Below the pieces are notes generated by a model that was not told the origin of the DNA, made no database searches, and saw only the letters and a program-made list of their open reading frames with translations. The position numbers and the translations under genes are program-made. A stretch of 60,118 bases of DNA, the filler included, from Squatina squatina (taxonomy: Eukaryota): assembly GCA_031763465.1 (NCBI GenBank). It is 3 parts of 3 records of this genome, joined end to end, with 100 filler letters (N's around TTAATTAATTAA, not from the genome) between each part and the next. Parts side by side here need not be neighbours in the genome. Positions count along the whole stretch, not along the records: positions 15,365 to 44,072 come from JARFOE010000115.1; positions 44,173 to 60,118 come from JARFOE010000189.1; 1 more part is not named here. One strand, 5' to 3'. Shown here piece after piece: positions 38,023 to 49,858 of this stretch; position 1 is the stretch's first letter, and every line of letters begins with the position of its first letter.

Positions 38023-39196
38023 TTGTGGCTAAAATCATTTCTGTGTAGCATAAAACAAGTGACTCATAGTATCATTATCCAGCAACTTCTCTGAGGCTGA
38101 ATCAGACATAACATGAAATGCAGTACTTTATCTCTGGTGAATTTCTAAACTCTATAACCAGTAATCAAAACAAGGCAACTATGGGGAATGTTTTACATTT
38201 AAGAACAAAGAGTGCAGTATTAACATGGCGCACTTTGTAGCTTATTTCTCCAAACAGTTTTTGATTGGCAAAAAGCTAAATTTACTATAGATTATTTTGA
38301 ATAGTTTTCAGTTTCAATGGTTATCCTAATGAACAAGTCAAATTTTTTTAGTTGCATAAATAAACTAATGTTCAATTTAATAACTGACTCTTAAGCCCGT
38401 TTCCTGAAGTAGTATGTGGGTGGTCTATCATTTCCTTCAATATTTTGCATTATATAGAGTAGACTTTGGAGAAAATGGTACACAATTTATGAAGCTTTTA
38501 TATTCAGAAAAAATTGTATGTACATTTATTTTATTTTTTCACGAGTCAATTCTGAGAGTGTTGTCCTAGAGGTTTCTGCACAAAGTGCTGGTTGTGGTGA
38601 TGCTCACTGAATGTTAATTTTCCAATAGTTTTTACCAACACCAGTTAATGACCCACATAAGAGACTGCATTCAATTGGATCAAACGGAACCACAAAATAT
38701 GAAAAAAAAAGAAATTTGAAAATGTAGTACTGTGTGCACAGCCACAAATACACACAGTAACCAAAAGTAATGTCTTATTGCATACAGATTTCAAATTTAT
38801 CCTCTGAATATTTTGTAACTGTGTCGATATACAAGGCTGTTTTTGTGCAGNNNNNNNNNNNNNNNNNNNNNNNNNNNNNNNNNNNNNNNNNNNNNNNNNN
38901 NNNNNNNNNNNNNNNNNNNNNNNNNNNNNNNNNNNNNNNNNNNNNNNNNNGCCCCAATTCCACCCAGGAGTGAGGCCGGCATTGCTGCGCCTTGCTCCCA
39001 CCCCGGAACGGCAAATTCTACCCCAAAGCAACACAGGTAAATTTCGCGCCCCTAGTCTGGGAACATTTTATTTGTTAACAAGTAATTACACAACTACCAT
39101 GACCATTTTAGTTGTCTTAATTCATACAAAAAGGGGACAAAATGAACACAATTAAACAAAGCACTAGGTACCAAATAACAAGTTATCTGCAATTAC

Positions 39197-39339
39197 CTCT
39201 TGTCAGTATTATTAATAAGGTCAGACACCGACTGCAGATATTCCTTGGCATAGACAACTACAGGTTCTGTCTCATTCAGGTCCACAGGTGCCAGTCCAAA
39301 TGATAAATAATCCAACCAATCAATGGCGGGCGCTAAATT
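39197..39339 (-). CDS. ECE2: ECE2 exon (143 nt, phase 0-2)
   Basis: ttcctcag|AAT...GAC AAG AG|gtaatt; NLAPAIDWLDYLSFGLAPVDLNETEPVVVYAKEYLQSVSDLINNTDK, M13 peptidase ectodomain. Confidence 0.92.
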
Positions 39340-40049
39340 CTGAGGAAAAAAAATACAAGGAAGTTCCATAATTTGAAAATGTATACACAATTTAAACAAG
39401 TTCCATTCCGTATTACCAAATTACCAAGTTGGTCCCAAGAGAAGTGAGTTTGTTGGAGTTGGTAACGAAGTGATCTGAAACCGTTTATTCCACCCTTAAG
39501 TTATTTTGTATTTTCCATTAATATACTGTAGTTATGAACAAATCTTGTCAAATTATCCAAAACTCACATTATACCAAACTTCAGCAGTTGCTGAATCCAC
39601 TGGACTTTCTGCCAGAGAGATTCCGGAATATGTCAGAGAGTATTATCAAGTCCACTACCAACTTGTGTGTGTGGTTCTCACGAATACTATCAACGCTCTG
39701 CAGTCAACCATGGCGCATATCGTCACCTCAATGGACAATGCCATTTACCCTGTTTGCCCAGGGGTTTCACCAATCTCACACCAAAGATATATTGGAAAAT
39801 TTGGAGAAACCTTGCAGAATTTCCAGGCCTATATCAACATATATATTTAAAATAGTGCTTTTAGCTCTCGGGGAATCATCTAATTAAAAAGAATCCTGAG
39901 GCAAGAACAGACACGGGCAGGCAAACTGACAACCTAAAGGATTTTACCANNNNNNNNNNNNNNNNNNNNNNNNNNNNNNNNNNNNNNNNNNNNNNNNNNN
40001 NNNNNNNNNNNNNNNNNNNNNNNNNNNNNNNNNNNNNNNNNNNNNNNNN

Positions 40050-40426
40050 ATTGAAACGTATAAAATTTTTACAGGGCTCGATAGGCTAGATGCAGGGAGG
40101 ATAGTTCCTCTGGCTGGGGAATCTAGAACCAGGGCTCACAGTCTCAGAATAAGGGGCAAGCCATTTAGGACTGAGATGAGGAGAAATTTCTTCACTCAGA
40201 AGGTGGCGAATCTTTGGTATGCTCTACCTCAGAGGGCTGTGGAGGCTCAGTCATTGAGTATATTCATGACAGAGTTAGATAGATTCCTAGATATTAAAAG
40301 CATAAAGGGATATGGAGAGAGAGCGGCAGAATGGCGTAGAGATAGAGGATCAGCCATGATCGTGTTGAATGGAGCAGGCTCGAGGGGCCGAATGGCCTAC
40401 TCCTGCTCCTATTTTTTATGTTTCTA
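40050..40426 (+). mobile_element. CR1 LINE 3' end, relatively young
   Basis: IETYKIFTGLDRLDAGRIVPLAGESRTRAHSLRIRGKPFRTEMRRNFFTQKVANLWYALPQRAVEAQSLSIFMTELDRFL, with 3' UTR ending aatggcctactcctgctcctattttttatgtttcta. Confidence 0.92.
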
Positions 40427-41006
40427 ACTATTCCAGTTAACCATTTCCATTCATTTGGTATTTAGTCTGAAAAGTTAACAGTAAGATATTTTGTAGAGAT
40501 TATACTACTGATAGAAAGTGTTATGAAATAGTTTATATGGGCAATAAATTCTTTCATCATCCTTGTTAAAATGAGGAAAACATTTATAAAACATGTTATA
40601 TTTCTTAAAGTGATTGAGATTTATCAATAGGCAAATTATTAGAAATTGCTGCAATAGGCATACAAGTAGCAATCATTGTTTTTTTGATTTAAGAAATTCA
40701 AGTTAAAATCTGTCTGAAACTCACACTTGGCCTTTCCCATCAGCTTGACAATCTGTGCCAATTTACAGAATAGGGAAACAATTTGTCTTTATTCAATCAA
40801 CCTTTAACTTAAGATTTGTATTTATGAACTGTACATTGCTTCATGCAATGTCCCTCCAATGAGGAACCTGTTTTGAGAGATCACTTTTTCATGGCACAAT
40901 GGGTGGTCTTAAATGACAAGTTCCACCGTATATATTTATAAATAAATGCAAATATTTACAAATTTTGCATATGGAGTAATTTTGAACAGGTTTACACATT
41001 ACTAAC

Positions 41007-41153
41007 CTGGATGACATTGCTGTTGGAACTTTTGGAGTCTGCACTAACATAGACTGTGAAAAAAGGAACTGCTCTGTATGTCCCAGAGACTACTTTTAGC
41101 ACTTCGATGAAGTTGTCTTTATCCCAAGGACCTGTGATATTCCAGCCACCAGT
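41007..41153 (-). CDS. ECE2: ECE2 exon (147 nt, phase 0-0)
   Basis: aatacag|ACT...ATC CAG|gttagt; [49 protein letters not shown]. Not in the ORF track. Confidence 0.94.
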
Positions 41154-41301
41154 CTGTATTAAGAGACAATATTAGGAGCTTGATTAGCAATACTGAGTTC
41201 TNNNNNNNNNNNNNNNNNNNNNNNNNNNNNNNNNNNNNNNNNNNNNNNNNNNNNNNNNNNNNNNNNNNNNNNNNNNNNNNNNNNNNNNNNNNNNNNNNNN
41301 N

Positions 41302-41515
41302 ATCTCCCCCAACAATACCCAAAGCGGTATATCTGTTAGAGAAGGGACTCCTGCACTACCTGCCTGAGCCTTCTGCTCTGCCTGGCAGCCACCCATTCCA
41401 TTACTGCCTGCGCAGTCTTTACCTGCGGTATGGCCACCTCATAAACGTGCTATCCACATACATTTCAGCATCGTGGATGCTCCACAGTGAATGCATCCGC
41501 AGCTCTAGCTCCGCA
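41302..41515 (-). mobile_element. CR1 ORF1-region fragment
   Basis: Minus strand reads ELELRMHSLWSIHDAEMYVDSTFMRW-like sequence and L.NRYTAL...VGGD, resembling the N-terminal part of CR1 ORF1. Confidence 0.55.
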
Positions 41516-41714
41516 ATGACAGAAGACTTACAAACATTCAACATAAATTATGAACTTTTGGCCACTAAGAACAGAGTTGGGGCTACCCAACCCATTTCAC
41601 TTGTGATCTTCAGGCTATAACACAAGGTGTATACTGCCAAAACCAGTTTTACAGAAATTATCATATTTATCAATGATAACTTTCAGAAACGTTATGTCTT
41701 CCCTCCCATGTGGA

Positions 41715-41975
41715 CATAGAAAATCCCACAGCACTATACAAAGAGGAGCAGGAGAGTTAGCCAGGAGTCCTGGCCAATATATAGCTCTCAACCAGCATCA
41801 CTAAAATTGATCATCTGGTCTTATATCTCATTGCAGTTTGTGGAGCAGTGNNNNNNNNNNCGCATTTCCTACCTTACAACAATGACTGCATTTCAAAACC
41901 ATTTCATTGGCTGTAAAACATTTTAGGATGCCCCAAAGTTGTGAAAGGCGCTATCTAAATGCATGTTTTTTTTTT
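41715..41975 (+). mobile_element. DeuSINE (SacSINE1-like) core and L2-derived tail
   Basis: gtcctggccaatatatagctctcaaccagcatcactaaaa...cattggctgtaaaacattttaggatg...gtgaaaggcgctatctaaatgca. Confidence 0.8.
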
Positions 41976-42146
41976 AAATGTTAAATGCTAATTGAATTTT
42001 TTTTAAATGAAGCATTTTTAAGAATAGATGAAATGAAGGAGAAACAAAACTCATACTTCTGATATGCAGTAACATTAGGTTGTCATTCAGACCAATAATC
42101 AGATAAAACTGAACCTACACTAATGGATTACTCAATCTTTGCTTAC

Positions 42147-42291
42147 CTTGGGTATTTTTTATTACCAGAGTAATAATACAACCAATCAGGGCCATGACCA
42201 CAACCAAGAGGACTGCTAATAGGGTCAGTTCCAACTGTGTTCTTGTCCCAATTGGTCCCAGAGAAATCGATTTACCTTTTCTGAAACCAAC
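42147..42291 (-). CDS. ECE2: ECE2 exon encoding the type II signal-anchor/transmembrane helix (145 nt, phase 0-1)
   Basis: ttcaatag|GTT...ACC CAA G|gtaagc; VGFRKGKSISLGPIGTRTQLELTLLAVLLVVVMALIGCIITLVIKNTQ versus human ECE2 VGFQKGTRQLLGSRTQLELVL. Not in the ORF track. Confidence 0.9.
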
Positions 42292-43005
42292 CTATTGAAA
42301 ATACAGTTAAAAAAATTAAATACAAATTGAGTTAGTATTATATGTATGCAAGTCTTGAACAAAAAATTGGTTTTAAACTGGTTCGGGGTTTTAAGAAGCA
42401 CTAAGACTAAAAGTTAGTAAATACTTGCAGAAAAAAAAATCAACGAGTGCATCGCTTAACAATACCAATAAAATTCACCAGAGAAATTCACTTTACTGAG
42501 ATTTCTTAATTTGAACCAGTTTACCAGGGAAGCTGCTGAACAGAAAAAAAGCCCAGATGAAAATTACAAACTACATTATGAAAACTATTTCATTGACAAA
42601 AATTAAACATTTCTGACAAGAGTTAAATTTAAGGCTGTATATACACACAAATAATTATTGAAAGGTCTTAGTACTTAACATTCTATCATATTACAAGTTT
42701 TTTGAGCTTTTAAAGGCTATTTAAAATTAAGAATTAATAAAATAATCCCTCCTTTCCTTCTGCTTGGGTATTCAATTCAGGAAACACATCGCCAAGGTGG
42801 ACGAAAGGAAATAATTTTAGCCTAATTATTTCAAAATTATAAACAAAAACGCACATCATTGAACACAACTATCTTTAAATTTCAGGGGAACTCTGAATCG
42901 GGAAGCGATTAAACTGAGGAACAAAGTGTTAACATGAAAGAACATGGGGTGAAAATTACTGGTTCATCCAGAACTATGTATTAATAATTACTGTGAATAG
43001 GAGAA

Positions 43006-43084
43006 AGGGAGCTTTTCTATGTATCTAACCCGTGCTGTACCTGCCGTGGGAGTGTTTGATGGGACAGTGTAGAGGGAGATTTAC
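43006..43084 (+). repeat. Start of a ~67-bp shark-type tandem satellite, running into an N gap
   Basis: agggagcttttctatgtatctaacccgtgctgtacctgccgtgggagtgtttgatgggacagtgtag then agggagatttac; aggga recurs at 43006 and 43073. Confidence 0.7.
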
Positions 43085-44072
43085 NNNNNNNNNNNNNNNN
43101 NNNNNNNNNNNNNNNNNNNNNNNNNNNNNNNNNNNNNNNNNNNNNNNNNNNNNNNNNNNNNNNNNNNNNNNNNNNNNNNNNNNNCATGTTACTAAAAACT
43201 TACTTAGATAGTAAGGCTGGCGGAGATACTCTTAAGGACATAGGGGAGTAGATTTTCGACATACTGCTCAGGCATAAAATTGGTGTTGCGGATCAGCCAC
43301 CCATTATAGAAACCACCTGATTTTCATCGCAACAATGCCTAGCCCATATTATGTGATATTATGCAACACAACCATGTCAGTGTAGGTATGAGTGTCACCA
43401 GACTGGACACTGACATGGATACTGGCAATGGCCTAATTAAGCAGATGCATACTCTCTTCCAGCAGGCTAGATTAGTGGCAGATGTGTTAAAGGGACTGAA
43501 TCTGCCTCTTGTGACTGATGTTTTGTTTTAGGTGGAGATGAGAATACTTGCTTTACAAAAAAAACACTCCGAAACCTCAGGTGCTTTCCCACGGTGAGGT
43601 GCAGGGGAGAGGAAGATGGACAGAAAGTCATTCTGGCCACGCCTGCACAATTCACTCTGTTCGTGTTCCACAGCACTTTCAGTCTAACCCCTGTCCTTCA
43701 CGTCCTATCAGGCCGAGTACCAGGGGTGTTTTCAGCGGTTTGCTGATAATCAGCTTTTTGCCAGTTTGGTGGGTTGGCATGTTTGGCCGACTAGCCCTTT
43801 CCTGTTTCTAAATATCCTGATATTCATTAATTAGAACCACATTGGCAACTGGGAGCATTTTCCTTGTTTAGGAGTTTATTGCAACCTGTAGTTAGTAACA
43901 AAGCAGCAACACCCAGGGGGTAATCAAGCAGCCTGCTTGATTGTCTCAGGGAAGCCCTAATTATAATTGTGCCAAACTAGCTTTTCCTGGATTGGTTTGA
44001 CTTCTGTAGGTAACCATAGTGATGGACTTTGGAAGAAAATAAACAGTGGAGGAAGTGCGCAACAGAAGAAGG

Positions 44073-44172
44073 NNNNNNNNNNNNNNNNNNNNNNNNNNNN
44101 NNNNNNNNNNNNNNNNTTAATTAATTAANNNNNNNNNNNNNNNNNNNNNNNNNNNNNNNNNNNNNNNNNNNN
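44073..44172. other. Artificial scaffold-joining linker (44 N + TTAATTAATTAA + 44 N)
   Basis: Same construct as 15265-15364; the 12-mer is at 44117-44128. Confidence 0.97.
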
Positions 44173-45813
44173 TACCCCACCTACTGTGGTGAAATGTTCA
44201 CTATTACAGTAATAAGCTAGGATGCAAGGAGTATCTTTATTACTGTAATACTAACCCTGTAATACAAAAACAAATACTTGAGTAAATTGCACTGTCTAGC
44301 TTTGATTTATTCATGTCTTGTGCCAAGTTGGGGAAAGTCTCTGAAGAGAAAATGTGAGTTGTAGTCATAACTTAAACCACAAGGTGTGCATGCAAAGTTT
44401 TTGCATTGCTGCTGATGCACTCAAATCTGTCTTGTAGTGTAAGTCGGGTAGATGGAAGAATATCAGCAGCAAAGTCGAACAGAATGGCTTTTGTTTAAAG
44501 CAGTGTAGAATATTCAGTAGTGCTATTTTTATTGCACATCTGCCAATTAGAAATGCTGGAACTAGAAATACAGTGGACAATGTTTTAATCAGTTCTTTCA
44601 GCAGCAAGTCACTTTTATACTGAGGCTTTTATTGAATAAAGAAAAATATAGGTAACATGATCGGATATTAAAATGTAAGATTTACATAAATGGTGTAAAA
44701 GGATAAGTCGCTCCTCACTTGAAGACCAAACAGCTTTCATATGCATGTGAAGTTTGTTTTAAACCAATTAATGGGGGAGTAAGCATACGAGTCCTGCCTG
44801 ATTCTGAACAAATGGATTTTGCTATGGTTTCTGGATTTGCTTTTCAACACGTGTTTAAGAATGAGACAAGTTTGGTGTAATGGAAGCAAATTTGTACCAG
44901 AGCTCGCACATTAAACCTTTTGAGGGTGTAGTGGTAAATATCTAGTGCAGTGTAGTGGAGGTAATTTCTCTTTTTTTTTGAGGACTTCACAAATGAGCGA
45001 TTTTTCACCTTGGTGTTTTACAGTAACCACATTACCAGATGCCAAATAAATGTGTACTGTATTGTGGTTGCATTGATTGGCTTGATAACCAATTAAGTTA
45101 ATAATTTGACGTAGAAAATAAATATATTGTTGCTTTGGCACAATTCTTGCACAGAATTATATCTTTAGTTTTGCCATAATCCATGTAGTAATAGGACACA
45201 AGATTCATTTTTCTTAGTACCAGTCGGCTTTATTCCATGTTTGTCCCCACTGTTGTAAGTAGATTAAATCCAGGAAGCTTTGTGGTATTCTTGCTGAGCC
45301 TTACTTTTTCAATTTTTGCTCCTTTTCATTGTAGGAAATATTAAGCGCTCTCTAGGTTGAATGGTGAAAGTTTAGTCCATCAAATCTCCGTCTAGCTATT
45401 TGTGGCTGAACTGTGGCGCCTGTTGAGACTTTTCTAAGCTAGTTCCACATTACAGACTTAGGTTAACTGGATTTCATAGTCCTTTGTTTCATTTTAATAG
45501 TTAATACAGATTTAAATATAAATGTTATTATTGTATTGATTTGTTTTAAAATGTAAGAACTGGGAGGGGGCACTGTAGAGTTGTCATGTCCTGAATATCA
45601 TCTAGTGTACTCTGTAAAATTTTACTAAAAGGGTGTTGTATTTATCGCCCTGCCATTATATAAAGTAATGTAGTGTCATTATAATGTTTCTGTGCAATGT
45701 GTATGTGCTGCCTAAGTGGAGGCAGGTGGAAGAATCTCGGTACTTAGTACTGTTCAATTTTATTTTATAGCCTCCAGTCCAGAATTGGAAACTGGTGCTG
45801 GGCGTGAGCAACA

Positions 45814-46306
45814 ATGACTGAATATGGAATAAAGTGGGCATGTGAATACTGCACATATGAAAATTGGCCGTCTGCAATCAAATGCACCATGTGTCGTGCA
45901 CCAAGACCGAATGGCACTATAATTACTGAAGATCCAATCAGGGGCAGCTCAAGTGATATGAATCAAGACTGGGATACTGCAAGTATAGAGGGTGGCAGCA
46001 GCCCTCTGATTTGTCCAGACTCTAGTGCTAGACCAAGGGTTAAATCATCCTACAATTCAGAAAGTGCAAGCAAGTGGTCATGCCACATGTGTACTTACTT
46101 GAATTGGCCAAGAGCAATAAGATGCACTCAGTGTTTGTCTCAGCGTCGGACCAGAAGTCCTACAGAGTCCCCCCAGTCATCTGGTTGTATTTCAAGACCA
46201 GTTCAGGCTTCTCAGGACCCATGTGAAGAATATAATGACAGAACCAGACTGAACACAAAAGCACTGCATTGGACATGCACAGCTTGCACATCTGAGAACT
46301 GTCCCA
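45814..46306 (+). CDS. ZRANB1: Ubiquitin thioesterase ZRANB1/TRABID first coding exon (NZF1-NZF3), truncated by a gap
   Basis: MTEYGIKWACEYCTYENWPSAIKCTMCRA...KWSCHMCTYLNWPRAIRCTQCLSQRRTRSPTESPQSSG; an in-frame TGA at 45805 supports this ATG as the start. Confidence 0.96.
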
Positions 46307-46406
46307 NNNNNNNNNNNNNNNNNNNNNNNNNNNNNNNNNNNNNNNNNNNNNNNNNNNNNNNNNNNNNNNNNNNNNNNNNNNNNNNNNNNNNNNNNNNNNN
46401 NNNNNN

Positions 46407-46451
46407 ATCCGTTTTCAGAGACAGGACATGTTGGCAATTTTGTTGACTGAG
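46407..46451 (+). CDS. ZRANB1: ZRANB1 3' end of the second coding exon (AnkUBD)
   Basis: IRFQRQDMLAILLTE|gtgagt immediately after the gap. Confidence 0.9.
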
Positions 46452-47392
46452 GTGAGTTAGCCTAATAGTTCTATTATTTTTTTCCCCCCTATTTCTGTTT
46501 AGGAAAACTACGGGTTGATGTCAAATGAGTCCTTGCAGTTTGAGATTAAACCTAATATAGTAAGTACAAAAGAGATTTTTGTAATTCAAATATAGTGAGG
46601 TTACCAGTCAAAATTCAAAGTGGCAGTTTCCATACTTAACACATGTTGCTACATGTAATGTGCACAGCATTAAAAGGTATTGGGAAATATTTTATTGCAA
46701 TGGGGCTTAACATCAGCATTGTGAGTACAGTGAGCAATAATGCCTGACTTGTATTGGCCTGAAGCATATTTCACCTGTCTTCCTCCTCCACCCAAAACAA
46801 AGTCACTTTATTGAAAGTTTAATTTTTTTTTGATTGTTCTCCCTTGGATGTACACCAGGAGTCTTTTTTCATGCCAAGAAAATGTGAATAACTACGTTAC
46901 ACTGGGACAAATATTAAAAAGACTTGTTAATCATTTAAAACCGTTTGTGTGGGTAGCACTACCAAGGATGAAGGTGAAACTCTAAATGTGGAGGAAGAAG
47001 ATGTGATGTTCTTGCCGCTGAACTAAAACTGTTTACTTCTGGCNNNNNNNNNNNNNNNNNNNNNNNNNNNNNNNNNNNNNNNNNNNNNNNNNNNNNNNNN
47101 NNNNNNNNNNNNNNNNNNNNNNNNNNNNNNNNNNNNNNNNNNNCATGGTCCCAGATGATTGGAGAACTGGCACACTGCTTTACCTAATAGAAGACCTGTG
47201 TTTTCAGTATGAAGCCCCACAGAGGTATACAAATATCTAAGTGGCAAATGAAACACTGAAGATATTTTCTCTCATCAGATTCATTTTACAAGTGTCTAAT
47301 TTGTGAAACAAACTTTTCGATAACTTTCATTTTGAAAATTAGTTCAACTTTATGTAATGTTATTTTAATACTTAACTATTTTGGTTTTGTAG

Positions 47393-47591
47393 AATTGGAG
47401 GAAGAGTCCCCCATTATAAACTGGTCCTTGGAGCTAGGAAGCCGCCTGGATAGTCGACTGTATGCTCTCTGGAACCGCACAGCAGGTGACTGCCTGCTTG
47501 ACTCGGTGCTACAAGCAACATGGGGTATTTATGACAAAGATTCAGTTCTGCGGAAAGCTCTTCATGATAGCTTGCACGACTGCTCACATTG
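47393..47591 (+). CDS. ZRANB1: ZRANB1 OTU-domain exon with the catalytic Cys (199 nt)
   Basis: ttttgtag|AA TTG...CAT TG|gtatga; ELEEESPIINWSLELGSRLDSRLYALWNRTAGDCLLDSVLQATWGIYDKDSVLRKALHDSLHDCSHW. Confidence 0.96.
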
Positions 47592-47854
47592 GTATGAATT
47601 TTTAACTACAATTTAGGTTTTTTTTTGTAGAGAAACCGTAGTTTGGTCTGCAATAGTACGCTATTGTAATTTTAACCCAGAAAGCAAATGATTACTTCTT
47701 AAAATATATTTCAGTCAAATGTTGTTCTTTACAGCATGTATAAAACTAGTATTTCTTACTGTTTGAACTGTACATCGAAAAGAATCCCATTTTTTGGGGG
47801 TTGGGGGAGGGAGGGGAATGAAAGACAAGTACAAGGAAATTCCCCAGGATGATA

Positions 47855-48126
47855 TTATTGCTTTAATAAATGTTGTCCTTGTAGTGCCATCTGTCCCAGA
47901 ATGTGTGCCCAAAATTGAACATACAATACTCCAGCTATGACCTAACTAAGGTCTTGTAAAAGTTCTACATTACTACCTTTCTTTTGTATTTTGTATCCTC
48001 CATTTTAAGGTATATTTCCTTTCACTATTTCAACATGTATTACTTCACTCTTTGTTTACATTGAACTGCCTCTGCCACCTATCTGCCAATCTGCTCGGCA
48101 TCCATGATCCTGTGCAATCTTTTCCA
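47855..48126 (-). mobile_element. CR1 LINE RT fragment
   Basis: Minus strand LADRWQRQFNVNKE and YKTLVRS.LEYCMFNFGH-like segments. Confidence 0.7.
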
Positions 48127-49488
48127 TNNNNNNNNNNNNNNNNNNNNNNNNNNNNNNNNNNNNNNNNNNNNNNNNNNNNNNNNNNNNNNNNNNNNNNNNN
48201 NNNNNNNNNNNNNNNNNNNNNNNNNNNAGCAATTTTCACACTACCTTGGAGATCTATAACATATCACCAAACTGATGACAGGGATCCCTTGCTGATGAGA
48301 ACTGTTGAAATGTTAGGCCGAGTTCATTGGTGTCTTTGGATTCAAAGATTAGTTAAGCATAAAGTCCAGTACAATAACTCTGGTGTAATGCGTGTGACTC
48401 AGAGACTCGGTGAGTATTCAGATTTCTGTACTCAGTGGTTTTCAAACCTTCCTTGTGGGGAACCCTGCTAATATTGATCGCTCCCCTCTGTGCTAATTTC
48501 CAAAGGATATAGTAGATTAAGAACCACACAATTGTATACAGTCTACTGCTAATTGAAAGTTTCATAATTTGCAATACTGGATAACCTAAATTTTTAATGC
48601 AAAAATGATTTTGAATTAACAGGATTAAACTGTACTGCAATAGTTTGAACATCTGAGTTGTCCAGTTTAGTGGGGAAGAAGGCATTCCCTCTGCTATTTG
48701 TGCAGAATACCTAGATAATTGCTTTGTATAATAATTCATGTAAAAATAGATATTTATCCTTTTGACTACTTTATACTCATGCGTGCGCACACCTTCTTCC
48801 ATAAATCAAGTTTCTGTAATGTGTGGTTGGTAGTTCAGATACTATTTTTAATCTTTACATGAATTCAGTAGAACAATGACTGCAAGCAAGTTGTTTGTCT
48901 AGCCAGAACAGAAGATTGTGAAACGTGTAGTTCAGCCCCTGATAACAGATGGTGTAACTATAACTGGGAAAGAGTCACAAAGTGAGGGCTGAAATTTTGA
49001 TTGGTTTATTTAGCCTGATTTATAATCATCTAGTTATATTTGCATCCTTCCCTTCCAGCACCACTCTGCCCGTTAAGAATTTGACCTTGTGCCCAGAGAA
49101 ATTTTTCAGCTATGTAAGTAGGAGTGTTAAAGAGCAGTTAGGCGCTTGTAAAAGATGTGTGTGGAAATATTATAGGGAAATTTGGAAATTACAAATGTTA
49201 AAATAATCGCGAATTATTATTTCAAAATGTGTATGTTGTGAGTAGGGCAATGAAGCACATTATAATGGAAATATGAACAGATGATGCACCCTAGAATTCT
49301 GAGATGGGCAAAGATTTTAGGAGGTGCATAAATACATGGCTATAATGGAGGACAGCAACTGAACAGTATGAATGTATGGTGTTATAGACCAGTTAGTCCA
49401 ATGCTTATGATGAAGGTTATTAGATCACTGTTGATATTGGATTCAAGTTTCTTGTCAACTGATAGAACTCTCTCTTCCTTCTCCTCAG

Positions 49489-49524
49489 GTGTGTACTTGC
49501 CTTTGCTATGGGAACAGAGTTTCT
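49489..49524 (+). CDS. ZRANB1: ZRANB1 penultimate exon, 5' part (truncated by a gap)
   Basis: Strong polypyrimidine acceptor ctctcttccttctcctcag|GT GTG TAC; (G)VYLPLLWEQSF. Confidence 0.9.
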
Positions 49525-49709
49525 NNNNNNNNNNNNNNNNNNNNNNNNNNNNNNNNNNNNNNNNNNNNNNNNNNNNNNNNNNNNNNNNNNNNNNNNNNNN
49601 NNNNNNNNNNNNNNNNNNNNNNNNGCATTCATCACAGCACAGAGTCTGTCTTGGAGAGTGCTTCAGCTTTTTGTGTAGGTTCAGATTGTCTTTGCGCTTG
49701 CAGCTGTAA

Positions 49710-49858
49710 CTGCACTGGTCGCAATGGAAAATGTTGGTTATGACAATCGAGGTGCTGGCGCCAACCTAAATACAGATGATGATGTCAACATTACCTTCTT
49801 GCCACTGGTGGACAGTGAGAGGAAGCTATTGCACATCCACTTCCTTTCAGCTCATGAG
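49710..49858 (+). CDS. ZRANB1: ZRANB1 penultimate exon, 3' part
   Basis: ALVAMENVGYDNRGAGANLNTDDDVNITFLPLVDSERKLLHIHFLSAHE|gtacat; homology begins abruptly at about 49710. Confidence 0.9.
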
